DNA from: Chiloscyllium plagiosum
Taxonomy: Eukaryota
Direction: 5' to 3'
Assembly (NCBI RefSeq): GCF_004010195.1
Contig: NC_057719.1
Coordinates: 44,473,103-44,537,102 of the forward strand
DNA length: 64,000 bases
Position numbers and translations under genes: made by a program
Notes under the pieces: generated by a model
Seen by the model: only the letters and a program-made list of their open reading frames with translations
Databases searched by the model: none
What the model was told of the DNA's origin: nothing
In this document: one piece after another, positions 1-13,319 of the stretch
Layout of the letters: every line of letters starts with the position of its first letter
How positions within the stretch are numbered: the first letter of the stretch is position 1

Positions 1-455
1 GCGGCCTTTAGCTCCGCCCCTCCGACTCGGCTTTGAATTTCTTCAATTTCACGGTCGTGCTTCTGCAGCGCGGCCGAGAGCGACTCCCAACGATTTCTGG
101 ATTCGACGATAAAGGCATCGATCTTCGAGTCAAGCTTGGAAAGCATTTCTGCAAGACTTGCTACTGTTGGTAAGTCTCCCGGGGCGGCTGTGGACGCCTC
201 TGCTGCAGCTGTAGAGTGTGGGGGAGGGGTTCCTGCTTGCTGAGAGCCTCGGGCTCCTTTCCCTTTAGTCATTTTAACTTAGGATAAAGTTGCTTAAATG
301 TAATATTAAACCACTAATTCAGTTACTAAACTATTATAAATGATTTATAAATGATTTGGTGAGCTTGGTAGGGGGTAGGTGACCCACTGTGCCCAAGTCT
401 TGGGAGGAGCACTATAGACTCAGTCTTACTGGGTCGCCGCCATCTTGGATCCCCC
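1..455 (-). mobile_element. L1-like LINE 5' end: 5'UTR plus start of ORF1 (ATG at 272, runs off the window start)
   Basis: Minus strand begins GGGGATCCAAGATGGCGGCGACC, an L1-type 5' end. The open frame MTKGKGARGSQQAG...LAEMLSKLDSKIDAF...IEEIQSRVGGAELKA is coiled-coil-like and CpG-rich. Confidence 0.7.
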
Positions 456-2400
456 ACATCTACCATGTTAAGTCCCCTAAGAATCATGTATGTTTTAACA
501 TGGTCACCTCTCATTGTTCCAAATTTCAATGAGTACACGCCCAACCTACTCAACCTCCTCTCATAAGAAAATCGCTCCACACCCAGGATCAAACTAGTGA
601 ACCTCCTCTGGATTGCCTTCAATGCCAATATACCTTCCCTTAGAAAAGGGGCCAAAACTGTTCACAGTATTCCAGCTGCGATCTGGTAAATGCTTATATA
701 GTTTTATCAAGATTTCCTTTTTTTTTATACTTCATTCCATTTGAAATAAAAAAAAAATCACTATTCCATCTACCGTCCTGTTACCTGCTGAACTCGGATG
801 CTAACTTTCTGTGTTTCAAATATGAGGACATCCAAATCCCTCTGTGCTGCAGCTTTCTGCTGTCTTTCTCCATTTAAACAATATTCTGTTCATCTATTCT
901 TTCTGCCCAAGTGTATAACCTCACATTTCCCACATTACATTCTATTTGCCAAACTTTTGCTCACTTGCTTGACTTTTCTATATCCCTCTGTAGATGTCAT
1001 CCTCATCAATTTTCTCCACATCTATTTGTGTCATCCATAACCTTGGTGATAGTACAGCCAATTTACACATCCCAATTAATAATATGGATTGTAAATAATT
1101 ATGATCCCAGGACTGATCACTGTGGCACCCCACTAGTTACAATTTTCTTTCGATGCATCATGCAATTGTCCCCTGTATCTCAACTCTGTCTTCTAATAGT
1201 TGCTATTTTTTGTATCCATGTAAACACACAACCTCCACAAAGAGTCATAGAGTGATACAGCACGGAAACAGACCCTTTGGTCCAACCAGTCCATGCAGAA
1301 CATAATCCCAAACTAAACTAGTCCCACTTACCTGCTCCTGGCCCATATCCTTCCAAACCTTGCCTCTTCATGATCTATCCAAATGTCTATTAAGTGTTGT
1401 GATTGTACCCACATCCATCACTTCCTCAGGAAGTTCATTCCACACGTGAACCACCCTCTGTGTAAAAAAAATTGTGTTTTTTAAATCTCCTTTCAATTTA
1501 AAAATGTGCCCTCTAGTCTTGAAATCCTCCATCCCAGGAAAAAAATAACTATCACTAACTCTATCAATACTTCCCATTATTTTATAAACTTTTATAAGGT
1601 CGCCTCTCAACCTCCTTCACTCCAGTGAAAGAAGTCATATCGAGCCTTTCTTTATAACTCAAGCCTTCCATATCCAGTAACATCCTGGTAAATCTCTTCT
1701 GAACCCTCTACAGCTTAATAATATCCTCCCTATAACTGGGTGACCAGAACTGGACACAATATTCCAGAAGAGGCCTGACCAATGCCCTGTACAACCTCAA
1801 CATGACTTCTCAACTCCTATATTCAAAGGACTGAGCAATGAATGCAAGCGTGCCAAATGCCTTTTTAATCACCTTCTCTACATGTGATGCAAACTTGAAA
1901 GAATTATGTACCTGCACTGCTAGGTCCTCCTGTTCTACAACACTACCCAAGGTATGTTGTAACAAAATGCATAACCTCGCCTTTATCCAAATTGAACTCC
2001 ATCTACCATTTTTCAGCTCATTAATCCATTTGATCTAGATCCTTTTGTAACCTTAGAAAACATTCTTCATTTCATAGGTTTTTATCGTATTAAGTAGCCT
2101 TATGTGTGTTACCTTGTTGAATGCCTTATAAAAATCCAAATATATTACATGTACCGGTTTCATGTTATCTATCCTGTCTGTTACGTCCACAAAAAGTGCT
2201 AATAAATTTAGAACCATACAGTATTGAGGTCTACAGCATAGAAAAATGCCCTCAGTCCATCAGGTCTGCACTGGTTAAAAATAAGCACTTAACTATTCTA
2301 ATCCCAATTTCTAACACTTGGCTTATAGCTTTGTATGCCTTGGCATTTCAAATGCACATATAAACCCTTCTTTAATGTTATGAGGGTTTCTGTCTCTACC
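456..2400 (-). mobile_element. Nested degraded CR1 (HER1-like) LINE 3' fragments
   Basis: ORFs 326-655 and 1368-1610 give CR1 ORF2 C-terminal motifs (LKAIQRRFT, RGDLIKVYKIM, FFTQRVVHVWNELP). Confidence 0.85.
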
Positions 2401-2404
2401 ACCC

Positions 2405-2782
2405 TTATAGAGGTTTACAAAATCATGAGGGGCATAGATAGGATAAATAGAAAGTTTTTCCCTGGGGTGGGGGAGTCCAGAACTAAAGGGCATAGGTTTA
2501 GGGTGAGAGGGGAAAGATATAAAAGAGACCTAAGAGGCAACCTTTTCACTCAGAGGGTTGTACGTGTACATAATGAGCTGTCAGATAAAGTGGTGGAAGC
2601 TAGTACAATTGCAACATTTAAAAGGCATATGGATGGGTATATGAATAGGAAGGATTTGGAGGGATATGGGCCAGGTGCTGGCAAGTGGGACTAGATTGGG
2701 TTGGGATATCTGGTCGTCATGGATGAATTGAACCGAAGGGTCTGTTTCCATGCTGCACATCTCTATGACTCTATGACTCTAT
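2405..2782 (+). mobile_element. CR1/HER1 LINE 3' end
   Basis: IEVYKIMRGID...FTQRVVRV, ending in a (CTATGACT)n tail at about 2760-2780. Confidence 0.9.
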
Positions 2783-4021
2783 TTTCCCGATGATGGATGT
2801 GAAGCTAAGTGGTTTGTAATTGCCTGTTTTTTTTTACCTTTTTGAATATGAGTTTTGTATCAGCAGATTTCCATCCTCTCAGACCTTTCCAGAATCTATG
2901 GATTGTTGGAAGATTATTACCAGTGCATCCATTATTTCTGTAACTACTTCCTTTAGTATCCAGAATGCAACCCATTATATCGAGGGGATTTATTGGCCTT
3001 TAGCCCCATTGATTTGCCCAGTATCTTTTCTCTAATGATACTGAATGTATTTATTTCCTCCCCATCATTTTCATCATGATTTAGTATTTTTGGAGTCCCA
3101 TTAACCTTCAGCCAATGATGCCCACCCCCAATTAATGATTTAAGAACAGCACATCCCTTTGGCTGTTCACAGAAAGCAATGTAGTGACAACTTAATCAGC
3201 TCATGATTGAAAAACTGAGCACAGTGTCCAACATTGGTGTGATTCTGCAACTGGAGAACACTTATTACATAATCTTGAGTCGGCAAAGAATTATTGTGAT
3301 AACCAATTTAGCATTGTCACTCAAGCTTGCTGCATGGCACACTTGCACATATTGGAGGTTACATATATTAATTCACAGGTTTTTTTAGCATGCCCACATT
3401 TGTACCTACTTCAGTGCAACTAAATAACTAACAGCTATTCTCTGGTTCATTTCTCAGGGCAACGCCTTGATCAATCACAGTTTATATGCCTGGGTTAAAA
3501 TTTAAACAAAGCTAGGCAGCTAATTGTCAGTCACTATTCACAAGTTAATTGTCCAGGGTAACTTCTCTTCCATGAGAGCATGTGCCAACCAACCAACACT
3601 CTCTTCTCACACAGTATAAATATTGTTTCCCTCTACATTGATATTTCTTAAGGACTGTTCTGATGATTGCAAAATGGAGGGTTTTGACAATGTCTGAATT
3701 TTTTCAGCAATACTCAATGTCATTTTACTCATTTTGCATCTCAAGTTCTGCTCAGAATATGATCAATTTTCTACAGCATTAACTTTGCTGATTTAAAAGC
3801 ATCAGCAATTTTTAAATCACATTTTCAGTTGGAACACAGCTGTAGGTATTTTCTTAGAAGACTGCAGAGATGTGCTCCCAAGCTGTTTAAAGCAGGTCTT
3901 CAAAACATTATTTATTTCATTTGGTGTGAACTGCTTGTATAGCCTGAATGTTCTTTCCTCCACTGTTTATCAGCAATATTCATCATTTCAGCTGTTCACG
4001 CACCAGATGATAATTATTAAG

Positions 4022-6749
4022 GTAAACATTTAACTGTTGATCTGGAAAGATAGATGTTGGATGTGGATAGGAGCCACAATGTCCCCAGTAAAGGACTGGT
4101 ACCTAGGTACAATAACAGACCTAAAATCTGGGTGCGGCAACTCACCTTCATGGACATTTTTTTTAATTTTAAAAATATACTTTATTCATAAAATAATTTG
4201 ATGGTCTGTACAGTTGGTCATGCCATACATACGTAAACATGTACAGGTCTGTACATTTTTCAATCATATGCCCATATAATTAGCTGAGGCGTCAGCAGAG
4301 CCCAAATGACTGCATGGGCCCCCTGTTCTTCGTTAGGCAGGCAGACTTTACACAGTGGTCTTTCCCCACCGCGCCTTGGCGGCAGCTGCCCCAAGCGCAT
4401 CCCTCAACACATAGTTCTGGACCATGGAATGTGCCAGTCTGCAACACTCACTCGGGGTCAACTCCTTCAGCTGGAAGATCAGCAGGTTTCGGACCACCCA
4501 GAGAGCGTCCTTCACCGAGTTGATGATCCTCCAGGCACAGTTGATGTTCGTCTTGGTGTGCGTCCCGGGGAACAGGCCGTAGAGCACGGAGTCCCGCGTC
4601 ACGGCGCTGCCCGGGACGAACCTCGACAAACACCACTGCATTCCTCTCCAGACTTCCTCTGCTTTTTTCAACACAAACGCACAAAAGCACTTTGTGCTCA
4701 CTGCAACCAAATGAAGTCTTCTATCAGTCAGGCGGGGCCCTGCGACGTCACCTCACGCTCGTGGTGGCTGCGCCAAGGTTGAAGTCATTTCGACCTCCAA
4801 TCAGCAATTCCCATCTCCTCAGCACGTCTTTCCTCGTCCATGTGGCCTACCGCCTCGCCTGAGTCCACCAGCTGCCGCTGCTGCTCCTCCGACAGGTTGG
4901 TTGTTTCATCGAGACTGGCATCAGCAATGTTTGGTCTCAGCCGTCCGACGGATGAAACGATTTCCTGCACATCCCGGAGCGTGAGTGCTCAGGATCCACT
5001 GCCCTCCATATAAATTGGAAGATGGCCCGGGTGACTGCAGCGGCTCAAGTTCTGGGAATAGGCCAGACCCGTGCCGTGTATAATAGCAATGACAGTGCCT
5101 CACACCTGATGACCAGGTTTTTTCCCGCGATGGAGAGCGACCGTAGCTTCCATCTTCCCAGTTTCTGCCTCACTTTGCTGATATGGTCCTCCAAGACTTG
5201 GCGCACGCCCCAGCCCCCCCCGAACCAAATACCCAGCACCTTCAGGTGGTCGGTCCTGACGGTGAAGGGGATTGAGGATTGGTCGGCCCAGTTCCCGAAG
5301 AGCATGGCCTCGCTCTTGCCTCGGTTTACCTTGGCCCCCTAGGCCCATTCGAACTGATCACATATGCACATGAGTCTGCGCACGGACAGGGATCTGAGCA
5401 GAAAATGGCGACATCATCCATGTACAGGGAGGCCACCTTCATGGACTTTGTAATCGTGCAGGTGTAATCTCACTGCACTCACAAGACCTGCAGCTATTCA
5501 GCTGTGGAAGGTACATCACTGAAACACAGTACAGTACAGCACACTAGCTGACATCTGCCCCTTTCTCTAGCTGGACAGAGTTAGAACGTAGGAGGTTTCA
5601 TAGGTGTTATTCTAACAGCTAGAGTGCATTATCAGTGATGTCAGAGTACATGGAACTGGGACCTGAGCGAGTAGAGTCGGAAACAACATTCCCTGTAAGT
5701 TGTGTGCGTTGATGTAATGGAAAAAAGCCCCATGCAAATACCCCGTGCACCCCATGGATATGAAGCCCAGGCCCTCTGAACAATCGGTCAGTATTTGCTA
5801 CTTGCCCACATGCTTCCATGCCATTGGAGCTCCATCTTCTGCACAAGCACAAGTCCAGTACACGGAAGGAGTGGGAAGTTGGCTTGTGGAGAGGGAAGGG
5901 CCAGGCCTGAACTCGCAAGTTCCAGGAGTGAGGAGTTTACAGTTTACAGTCTGCAGTTACCGGTAGGATCAGTCAGCACAAGGTCTGGGAAGCAGGTGCC
6001 AGTCCGGAAGGACGTAACACATGTAGCAAGTTAGACTTCCATTTCATATTTTTAAACTTACATTAAAATGACCTTATCAAGAAAACAATATGTAAAGAAA
6101 TGCAAAGAACCTTCAAGCTCTATTAAAAAAAGAAATCCTGCAAACATTTCAAAAAGGAATGACTTTTGAGATCATTGAAACCAAGTTGACATCTTCAAGA
6201 CACAAAGAGGAGGTACAAAGTGGTGAAATTTCCATCTATCGTGAAATTGACGAAGTCCAATACAGTATTGTTTGAAATGCAAATCCTGAAGGCAAATTCA
6301 GTGCTGGGTAAAGGTGGTTTAGTGGAGACTGAGCTATCTAAAGCAGAATTTAAGCAAACGGAGAGCTCATTGGTTTAATTATTAGTTTACAAAACTATAA
6401 CAAATGTGGAATTTTATGAATGCTTACCAAAACACCAGGAGATCGTGAGATGACAGTCAATGTTCCCCTTAATTATTTTTCTTTCTATACAGACTTCCAA
6501 ATTCTGAATGCTCAGTATAAAGTGGAAGTCACACAACAGAGGATACAGCCTTTCTACAGCTGAATAGCTGCAGGTCTTGTGAGTGCAGTGAGATTACACC
6601 GGCACGATTACAATGTCCATGAAGGTGAGTTGCAGCACCCGGATTTTAGATCTGCTATTGGACCTAGGTACCAGTCCCTTTACAGGGGACATTGTGCCTC
6701 CTATCCACATCCAACATCTATCTTTCCAGATCAACAGCTAAACGTTTAC
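4022..6749. repeat. About 200-bp inverted duplication (4022-4158 plus 5434-5510 versus about 6550-6749); left arm split by Tx1
   Basis: 4022-4158 is the reverse complement of about 6612-6749, and 5434-5510 of about 6550-6627, with scattered substitutions. Confidence 0.9.
4156..5433 (-). mobile_element. 5'-truncated Tx1-clade non-LTR retrotransposon with 13-bp TSD
   Basis: RT tail (LYMDD, LKVLGIWF) and C-terminal region are nearly identical to the 16.8-21.0 kb copy. Poly(T) at 4157. TSD CACCTTCATGGAC at 4143-4155 and 5434-5446. Confidence 0.92.
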
Positions 6750-7399
6750 AGGGTTTCCCAGTGACTGCACAGCTGCTTACTGGGAACATTGATAAGGATG
6801 GAGAGTTCAGGCACAAACATTCTAATCCCAATATGGTGAAAGTTCTAATGGATAATGTTGTACTTGCAATGAAGATGAATACATCTAAACTTTCATGCAA
6901 GACATTCATGGTCAAAGTATACAGCATTTACTGATAGCTGGTCTGAAGGAATTTGTGGAGTACACTAACTTCACCACATGGAAACTGTTTCTGAATGAAT
7001 TATTGTGAGAAACAAAGCTCACTCACTTCAATAATTTCAGTCCGAAACAAGATCTGAAGCAATCAGTATGTTTATTATACGCTTGCAAGCGTGGTTCCTA
7101 AAATAGACACACAGAGGTTAGCAAGTACATATCTTATATAGGATTCACTACTCCAAACCCAGTGCCCATTACTATTGTTTATCTCTTGCCATATCCGGCC
7201 TTGTGCATAACAAAGTACAAGTTTTACTCGGCCATTTCACCACATCCTGCTGTGGTCCATTGTTAGGTATATCCTTCTTCATGATTATCTACTTCCTCCA
7301 CATGTGAAATTTCCTCCCTTTCCCTAACCATATTGATCCTTATGACCTTTTAATTGGGGTTTGTTTTTGTGTTTTTGCAAAAGTGGGAAACAGATGCAG

Positions 7400-7980
7400 G
7401 GAGAGAACAGAGACATATCTGGCTTAACCTACATCCTCACATCTATTTGTCTACTATTGTTAGCAGGCACGTTTCATTCTTGCATTCACATTTTAGCTAA
7501 TACAAAAACAATTATATATTTCCTCCACATAGTTTTCATTCTTGTTGACTCAGCTCTTGGGTTGAAACAATTATACACCGGTGTGAGTGCATTTACCTTG
7601 CATAAGTAATTGTGATTGCAGAAGTAACATTACTTTACCTATATCCCACAATTATACAAACTGCTTTTGCATAGGTTGATAGTAGATGGAAGTACAGACA
7701 TTTCTGAGCAAAAAATATTGATTTTTTTTTATCAAGGTTTGACCAAAGCTTGATATTGTTTACAAGACTGTCATTCCAGAAATTTTGAAATGGACCGCAT
7801 GAGCGATCAAGCAATTGGTAACTCTGACCTTGATTTACAGAAGTTGGTGATATTTACAGATCTTCTGCTATGGTTGGAAAGAAAATTAGAACAGTGGCAG
7901 TTTTATAAAGTGAAATCAAGCATTTGCTTACAGAGAAGATTTTAGAATAGATGATGCTTGGAAACAATTCTCAAGTATGT
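7400..7980 (+). pseudogene. Candidate EVE: Mononegavirales-type L protein N-terminal block (CR I), decayed
   Basis: VFILVDSAL...YTGVSAF (from 7532) resembles F-x2-GD-x2-L...Y-x2-I. LTLIYRSW*YLQI (IYRSW*YLQI at 7833-7862) resembles the YR-x-WGHP motif and is followed by GKKIRTVA. Manual motif match only. Confidence 0.45.
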
Positions 7981-9249
7981 CTAATATTGAAATGTTTCTC
8001 AGGACAGAAAATGCCAGAAGGTGTGGCAGCAACTGTGGAAAGAGGAGCAGAGTTAATGTTTCAAGTTCAAAATGACTTCTTCAGAACCTCAGCATGTCTG
8101 GCTGTGCAGATACAAACCTCCAGGACCAACAAGCTCCACAGTCGATCAAGCTCCATCCTCTGCAGAACAGGGGAGCATGCAACAATGCAAAGGGAAGGAG
8201 AGAAAGAGTAAAATATAATGAGGGCATGTTGGTGGCACAGGTGAGACTGTTTTGTAAGTAGTTGAGATATATATATATATTTTTACTGTTCATGGGTTGT
8301 TCATGTTGTTGTGTAGGGGCCAGAAAGCTCTTGGTACTCTTCAGCATCACTTCATCAGCACTAACTAAAGAAAGGGCTGTCCAATGAACACCTACATTTA
8401 GAGAAATGGGAACAATACATGTACATGGCATTGGATCACTTCAGCACCCCATTCAACATTCCCCATTGTTTACATAGGAATGTAGTTCTCAGTGAGTTCC
8501 CCAGCAGTGAATGTCCGGGGGAGATACAACATACAGAGAGAATCAAAGCTGTAGGTGATCAGGGAGTAGGCATGCCTCTGTCACAATCAATGAGTCTCTG
8601 TTCTCTCCCTGCAAGACCCCAATGACCAGTGATAGCTGCAGCAGCCTCCTTCACACATTGGTTCATACTCCAGCCATTCCAAGTGTAGTGGCAGCTGTTT
8701 TCTTCCTATTGTATGCTTTCTAATTGCTTCATGATGGACAGCGAGTAGTCCTCTGCCAGTGGCCTACAACCTCAGTCTCTGTGCCAGTGAACCCCAAAAC
8801 ATCACTATCCCTTTCCTAAGTGCCTATCCTATCAACCCCACAGGCTTCCACTTGTTCAGGTACTCACGTGAGCCAGATACATGTGTCTTGATGTGCCTAC
8901 TTCTGAAATCCCTCCCCTCACCAACCATCACCCTTTATTCACCACTTCATATTAGTGCAATATAACACAGGTGAATTGTGCAATGGCAAGGTCACCTTGA
9001 TTCAAGACTTTCCATGTACACAAGTGGCACATCTGCATGTGTTCTTTTGCATACAAATGGCATGTGGCCTGCACTGGAAGCAGCTCGTGGTACAAGGCAT
9101 AAGACAAATAATGTCAGCTCTAGCACATGTCGCAAGGGACTTTCATGTCTAAGATCCCTTCCAGACCAAAAAGGTAAAAGTCACATCATACTACACCTCT
9201 ATTATATTAAAATGGATTGAATTAATTTGTTGAGCAATCAGATTAAAGA

Positions 9250-9720
9250 CTTTGCTTATCGAAATTTCAGAACAAATAGAACAAACAAAAGAAAGAGTTC
9301 ATCTGCAATGTTTGAATTTTCAGTATTATGTAATAAATATGTATAAATAAGATTGACTGTCTATGGGTTCATTTTACCTATAGTCAGTTCATGTGAATAT
9401 TGTAGTGACTTTTACATATTTATATAAGTCAATAGCTTGATATTAGTTAATGAATGTTGGATTAATCGACTAAAATTTGCCATATAACTAAGGCAACATT
9501 TCCCAATATCAGCTGTATTTAACTTATTTGAATTCTTCAATGATACATCTTGCATATAAATGATCCAATAGATTACAGTAATGATATTCAGTACAAGCTC
9601 AACACTTTTTGGCTCTCATTGAAAGATAAGCACATAACAGAACTATATACAAAAAATAATACCACTTGCACATTAAGCTCATTTAGTGCATATACACTAG
9701 CAGTCTTCTACTACACTCCT
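9250..9720 (+). pseudogene. Candidate EVE: Mononegavirales-type L capping (CR V) region, decayed
   Basis: Collinear motifs: WVHFTYSQFM*IL (9364), CWINRL (9455-9472, HR-motif-like), FPNISCI (9499), NDPIDY (9559), YHLHI...CI (9660). Confidence 0.45.
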
Positions 9721-10219
9721 CCACAGCAGTAATTTGTGACCATAGTAACAGAGATATTCAAAGCTTTATCCTTTTATTTCAGACCATTTGCCCTGCTTTA
9801 TTATTGCAGGTTCTATAATGGATAATCAATATTATCACAGTTATGCAAAAAAGTAGCCAATGATGTTTTGCACATTACTTATGCACTAATGAATAGCTTA
9901 TGCCTGAAATGTTGATTCTCCTGCTCCTTGGATGCTGCCTGACTGGCTGTGCTTTTTCCAGCACCACCCTCTTCAACTCTGATCTCCAGCATCTGTAGTC
10001 CTCACTTTGTCCTAATGAATGTATATTCCATTTTGTAGCAGAGTTTAAAATTGGTGAAGGCTGGAATTTTCCTTTCTGAAGGAAAAGAATGGCATGGTAC
10101 ATGTTAAAGGTCATCAGTTCTGGCATGGTCTGGGATGGGTTATCACACATAATTACATGTATTTCACGTTATCATCTGTGCAAACAGGAAATTGCACAGA
10201 TGAGCTACTGAATCATGTT

Positions 10220-11350
10220 AGAGTCAAGGAGCCCTAGCAAAACAGGAATTACTGGGTATCGGGGACAAACTTGCCATTTGGTTGGAGTCATACCTGGCAC
10301 AAAGGATACTGTTTATAGTTATTTGAGGTTAGTCATCTCATCTCACGGACATCTCTGTCAGAGTTCCTCAGGGTAATGTCCTAGGCCCAACTGTCTTCAG
10401 CTGCTTCATCAATGACGCTTCCTCCATTATAAGGTCAGAAGGGGAGATGTTGGTTGATGATTGCACAATGCTCATCACAACTTGCAACTTTTCTGATACT
10501 GAAGCAGTCCATGTTCAAATGCAACAAGATTTGGACAACATTCCAAATTGGGCTGAGAAGTGGCAAGTAGCATTTGTGCCACACAAATGCCAGGCAATGA
10601 CCATCTCCAATAAGAGACAATCTAATCACTGCCCCTTGACATTCAATGATGTTACCATTGCTGGATCCCCACTGTCAACATTCTTGGGGTTGCCATTGAC
10701 CAGAAACTCATCTGGACTCATAACATAAACACAGTAACTACAACAGTGGGTCAGAGGGTAGGAATACTGCGACTCAGAATACTAGGGCTAACTCACCTCT
10801 TACTCCCCAAAGCCTGTTTACCATCTACAAGAAGTTAGGGATGTAATGAAATACTCCCACCTACCTGGATGAGTGCAGCTCCAACAACACTCAAGAAGCT
10901 TGACACTGTCCAGGACAAAGCAGCCCATCTGATTGGTATCACACCTACAAATATCCATTCCCTCCACCACCAACACTCAGTAGCTGTAGTATGTACTATC
11001 TACAAAATGCACGCAGAAATTCACCAAAGATCCTTCAACAGCGAGTTACAAACTCATGACTACTTCCATCTAGAAGGGCAAGGGCAGCAGAAATATGGGG
11101 AAACCACCACCTGCCAGTTCTTCTCTGAGCCACTTACCATCTTGATTTGGGAATATATCGTCATTCCTTCACTGTAGCTGGATCAAAATCCTGGAATTCT
11201 CTCCCTAAATACATTGTGGAACAACCCACATCAAGTGGACTGCAGCAGTTCAAGAAGGCAGCTCACCATCAACTTCTGAAGGGCAGCAAGGATGGGCAAT
11301 AAAATACTGGCCAGTGAACAATGTCCATGTCCACAAGTAAAGAAAAAAAC
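10220..11350 (+). mobile_element. CR1/L2-superfamily LINE 3' portion
   Basis: RT-derived peptides (GVPQG-like, LVDDCT, QQDLDNIPNWAEKWQV). The 3' tail GGATGGGCAATAAA...A-rich is shared with 37714-38100. Confidence 0.85.
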
Positions 11351-11489
11351 AATGGGCTGAGCGGGCAAGATGTTCTCAAGGGATGTTCCAGGATGGTAGG
11401 TTCCAACACCACAAGTAAAGGCTAGCTGGACACTACTGCTCACTGCAAGATTCCCTGGAACATGTGAAAGATGCTCAAAACTCCATTGA

Positions 11490-11720
11490 GAATGTCACCA
11501 AAGAAGCAGCACTCACCCCATGGTTCAGTGACACCTGTGGAGAGGTTCTGTTGGATACTGTCCAGCAAAACATGCAGGTCCTCTTCATGGGGAATTGCAT
11601 TTGCAGGCCCAGCCATCAGACCAATACAATCTGTTTCTAGGTAGAAACAAAGGTCAGTATGAATGGACCTCAATAACAAGTTTGGTTACAGTCCAGGGAA
11701 AAAATAGGTGACCTGCTGCA
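11490..11720 (+). mobile_element. PIF/Harbinger Myb/SANT-like gene relic
   Basis: PWFSDTCGEVLLDTVQQNMQVLF...QVWLQSREKIGDL matches the Harbinger Myb-like pattern (FSD...LL...W.Q.RK..DL). Confidence 0.6.
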
Positions 11721-11974
11721 CACTGCAAGGATGAGTGATGCCATCGTTTCTCTGGGAGCTCATACGAACAGGGGCATCTCTCAATCTAACCGTGCCACTG
11801 CACAGACATCTGACAAAGGGTCACCATCACTTGCCATGATGCACACTGAAGGGCTCACAGCCACATCATGCTCTCAGACTGTTAATCCTTCCTGGCACTC
11901 CACTTCCTAAATACTTACTGAGCAGTGTTCACCACCTGGCATGGTTATGTATTATTGTATACCATAGCCCATCA

Positions 11975-13300
11975 CGTCAATACCAGTGCTCCAAATGAAC
12001 ATCATGACTTAGTGCCATTCTCCTGCCTTTTCCCTGTAATCCTGCACATTATTTCTAATTTAATAATTATCTAATAATCATCCTGATTGTCTCAATGGAA
12101 CCTGCCTCCACTATACTTCCAAGCAGTGTAATCCAGATCTGAACCATGTGATGCATGAAAAAGTTTTTTCACCTCTCATTTGCTTCTTTTACAAATCACT
12201 TTAAATCTGTCCCCTATTTCTCTTGATCTTTTTATGACCAGGAACAGTTTCTCCCTATCTACTCTATCCAGCCCAATCATTATTTTGAAAATTTCTATCA
12301 GATCTTGTTTAGGCTTCTCTCTAAGCAGAGGAGTCACAATCTCTCTAATCTCTCCTCATAATGGAAGTGTCTCATTCTTCCTGTAATGTTGCACTCGTAA
12401 GTGTAATCAATACTCCAGCTGATGTTTAACAAGTATCTGATACAAGTTCAGCATTGCCTCTGGGCTCTCTAACTCTCCGCCTCTATTAGTAAAGCCAAGG
12501 TTACTGTATGCTTCATCTCTCCTACCATCTTCAATGATCTGTACACATGTACACCCAGGAACTTCTGCTCCTGCATCCTCTTTAGATTCTTACACCCTCT
12601 TTTATAGTGTGTTTCAATGTTCTTCCGACCAAAGTGAATCAGCTCAGACTTCTTTGCGTTGAAACTCATCTGTTATCTATCTGTCCACTCCACCAACTTG
12701 ACTGTGTCCTTTTGAAGTATTTCACTGTCTTTGTCACAGAATACAGTGCTTTGTGTCATCTGCAAACTTTGAAATTGTCCCCTGCACATCAAGATCTAGG
12801 TCATTAATAGAAATCAGAAAAAGTGAAGGTCTCAATACTCTACTACAAACCTTCATCCAGCCCAAACATTATCCATTCATCATCACTCACTGTTTCTTAT
12901 CATACGGCAAGTTTGTATCCATGTTACTCTGGCTTATTTTATACCATGGCATATAAATTTCCTCAGAAGTCTATTGTGTGGCACTGTATCAAACACTTTC
13001 TGGAAATCCATGTACATTCACATCAACAGTATTACCCTCATTGATCCTTCACGTTATCTCAACAAACTCCAGCAAGTTAGTTCAACATAATTTCCCGTTT
13101 AGAAATCCATACTGGCTGTTCATAGTTAATACACCTCTTTTCCTTGTGACTACTGACTCTATCCACAATTATTGCTTTTGGAGCTTCCACATCACTGAAG
13201 TTAAACTGACCAGTCTTCAATTGCTGGATTTTTGTTACAACCTTTTTTGAACAAAGATGCAATATTTGCAATGCTTCAGTTTTCTGGTATCAGCTGTTTC
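11975..13300 (-). mobile_element. Degraded CR1 LINE (RT to 3' end)
   Basis: MSFNAKKSELIHFGRKN, QEQKFLGVHV and YMDFQK-like peptides on the minus strand. Confidence 0.75.
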
Positions 13301-13319
13301 ATGATCGAGTATTCTGATT

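Noticed and set aside
6270..6310. KFSAG peptide like paramyxovirus N
   Set aside because: It is out of order relative to the QQRIQPF peptide and has no supporting flanks.
6493..6729. Apparent exon and intron (TACAG acceptor, GTGAGT donor, TTCCAG acceptor)
   Set aside because: The putative exon has stops in all three frames, and the reading frame runs straight through the supposed intron.
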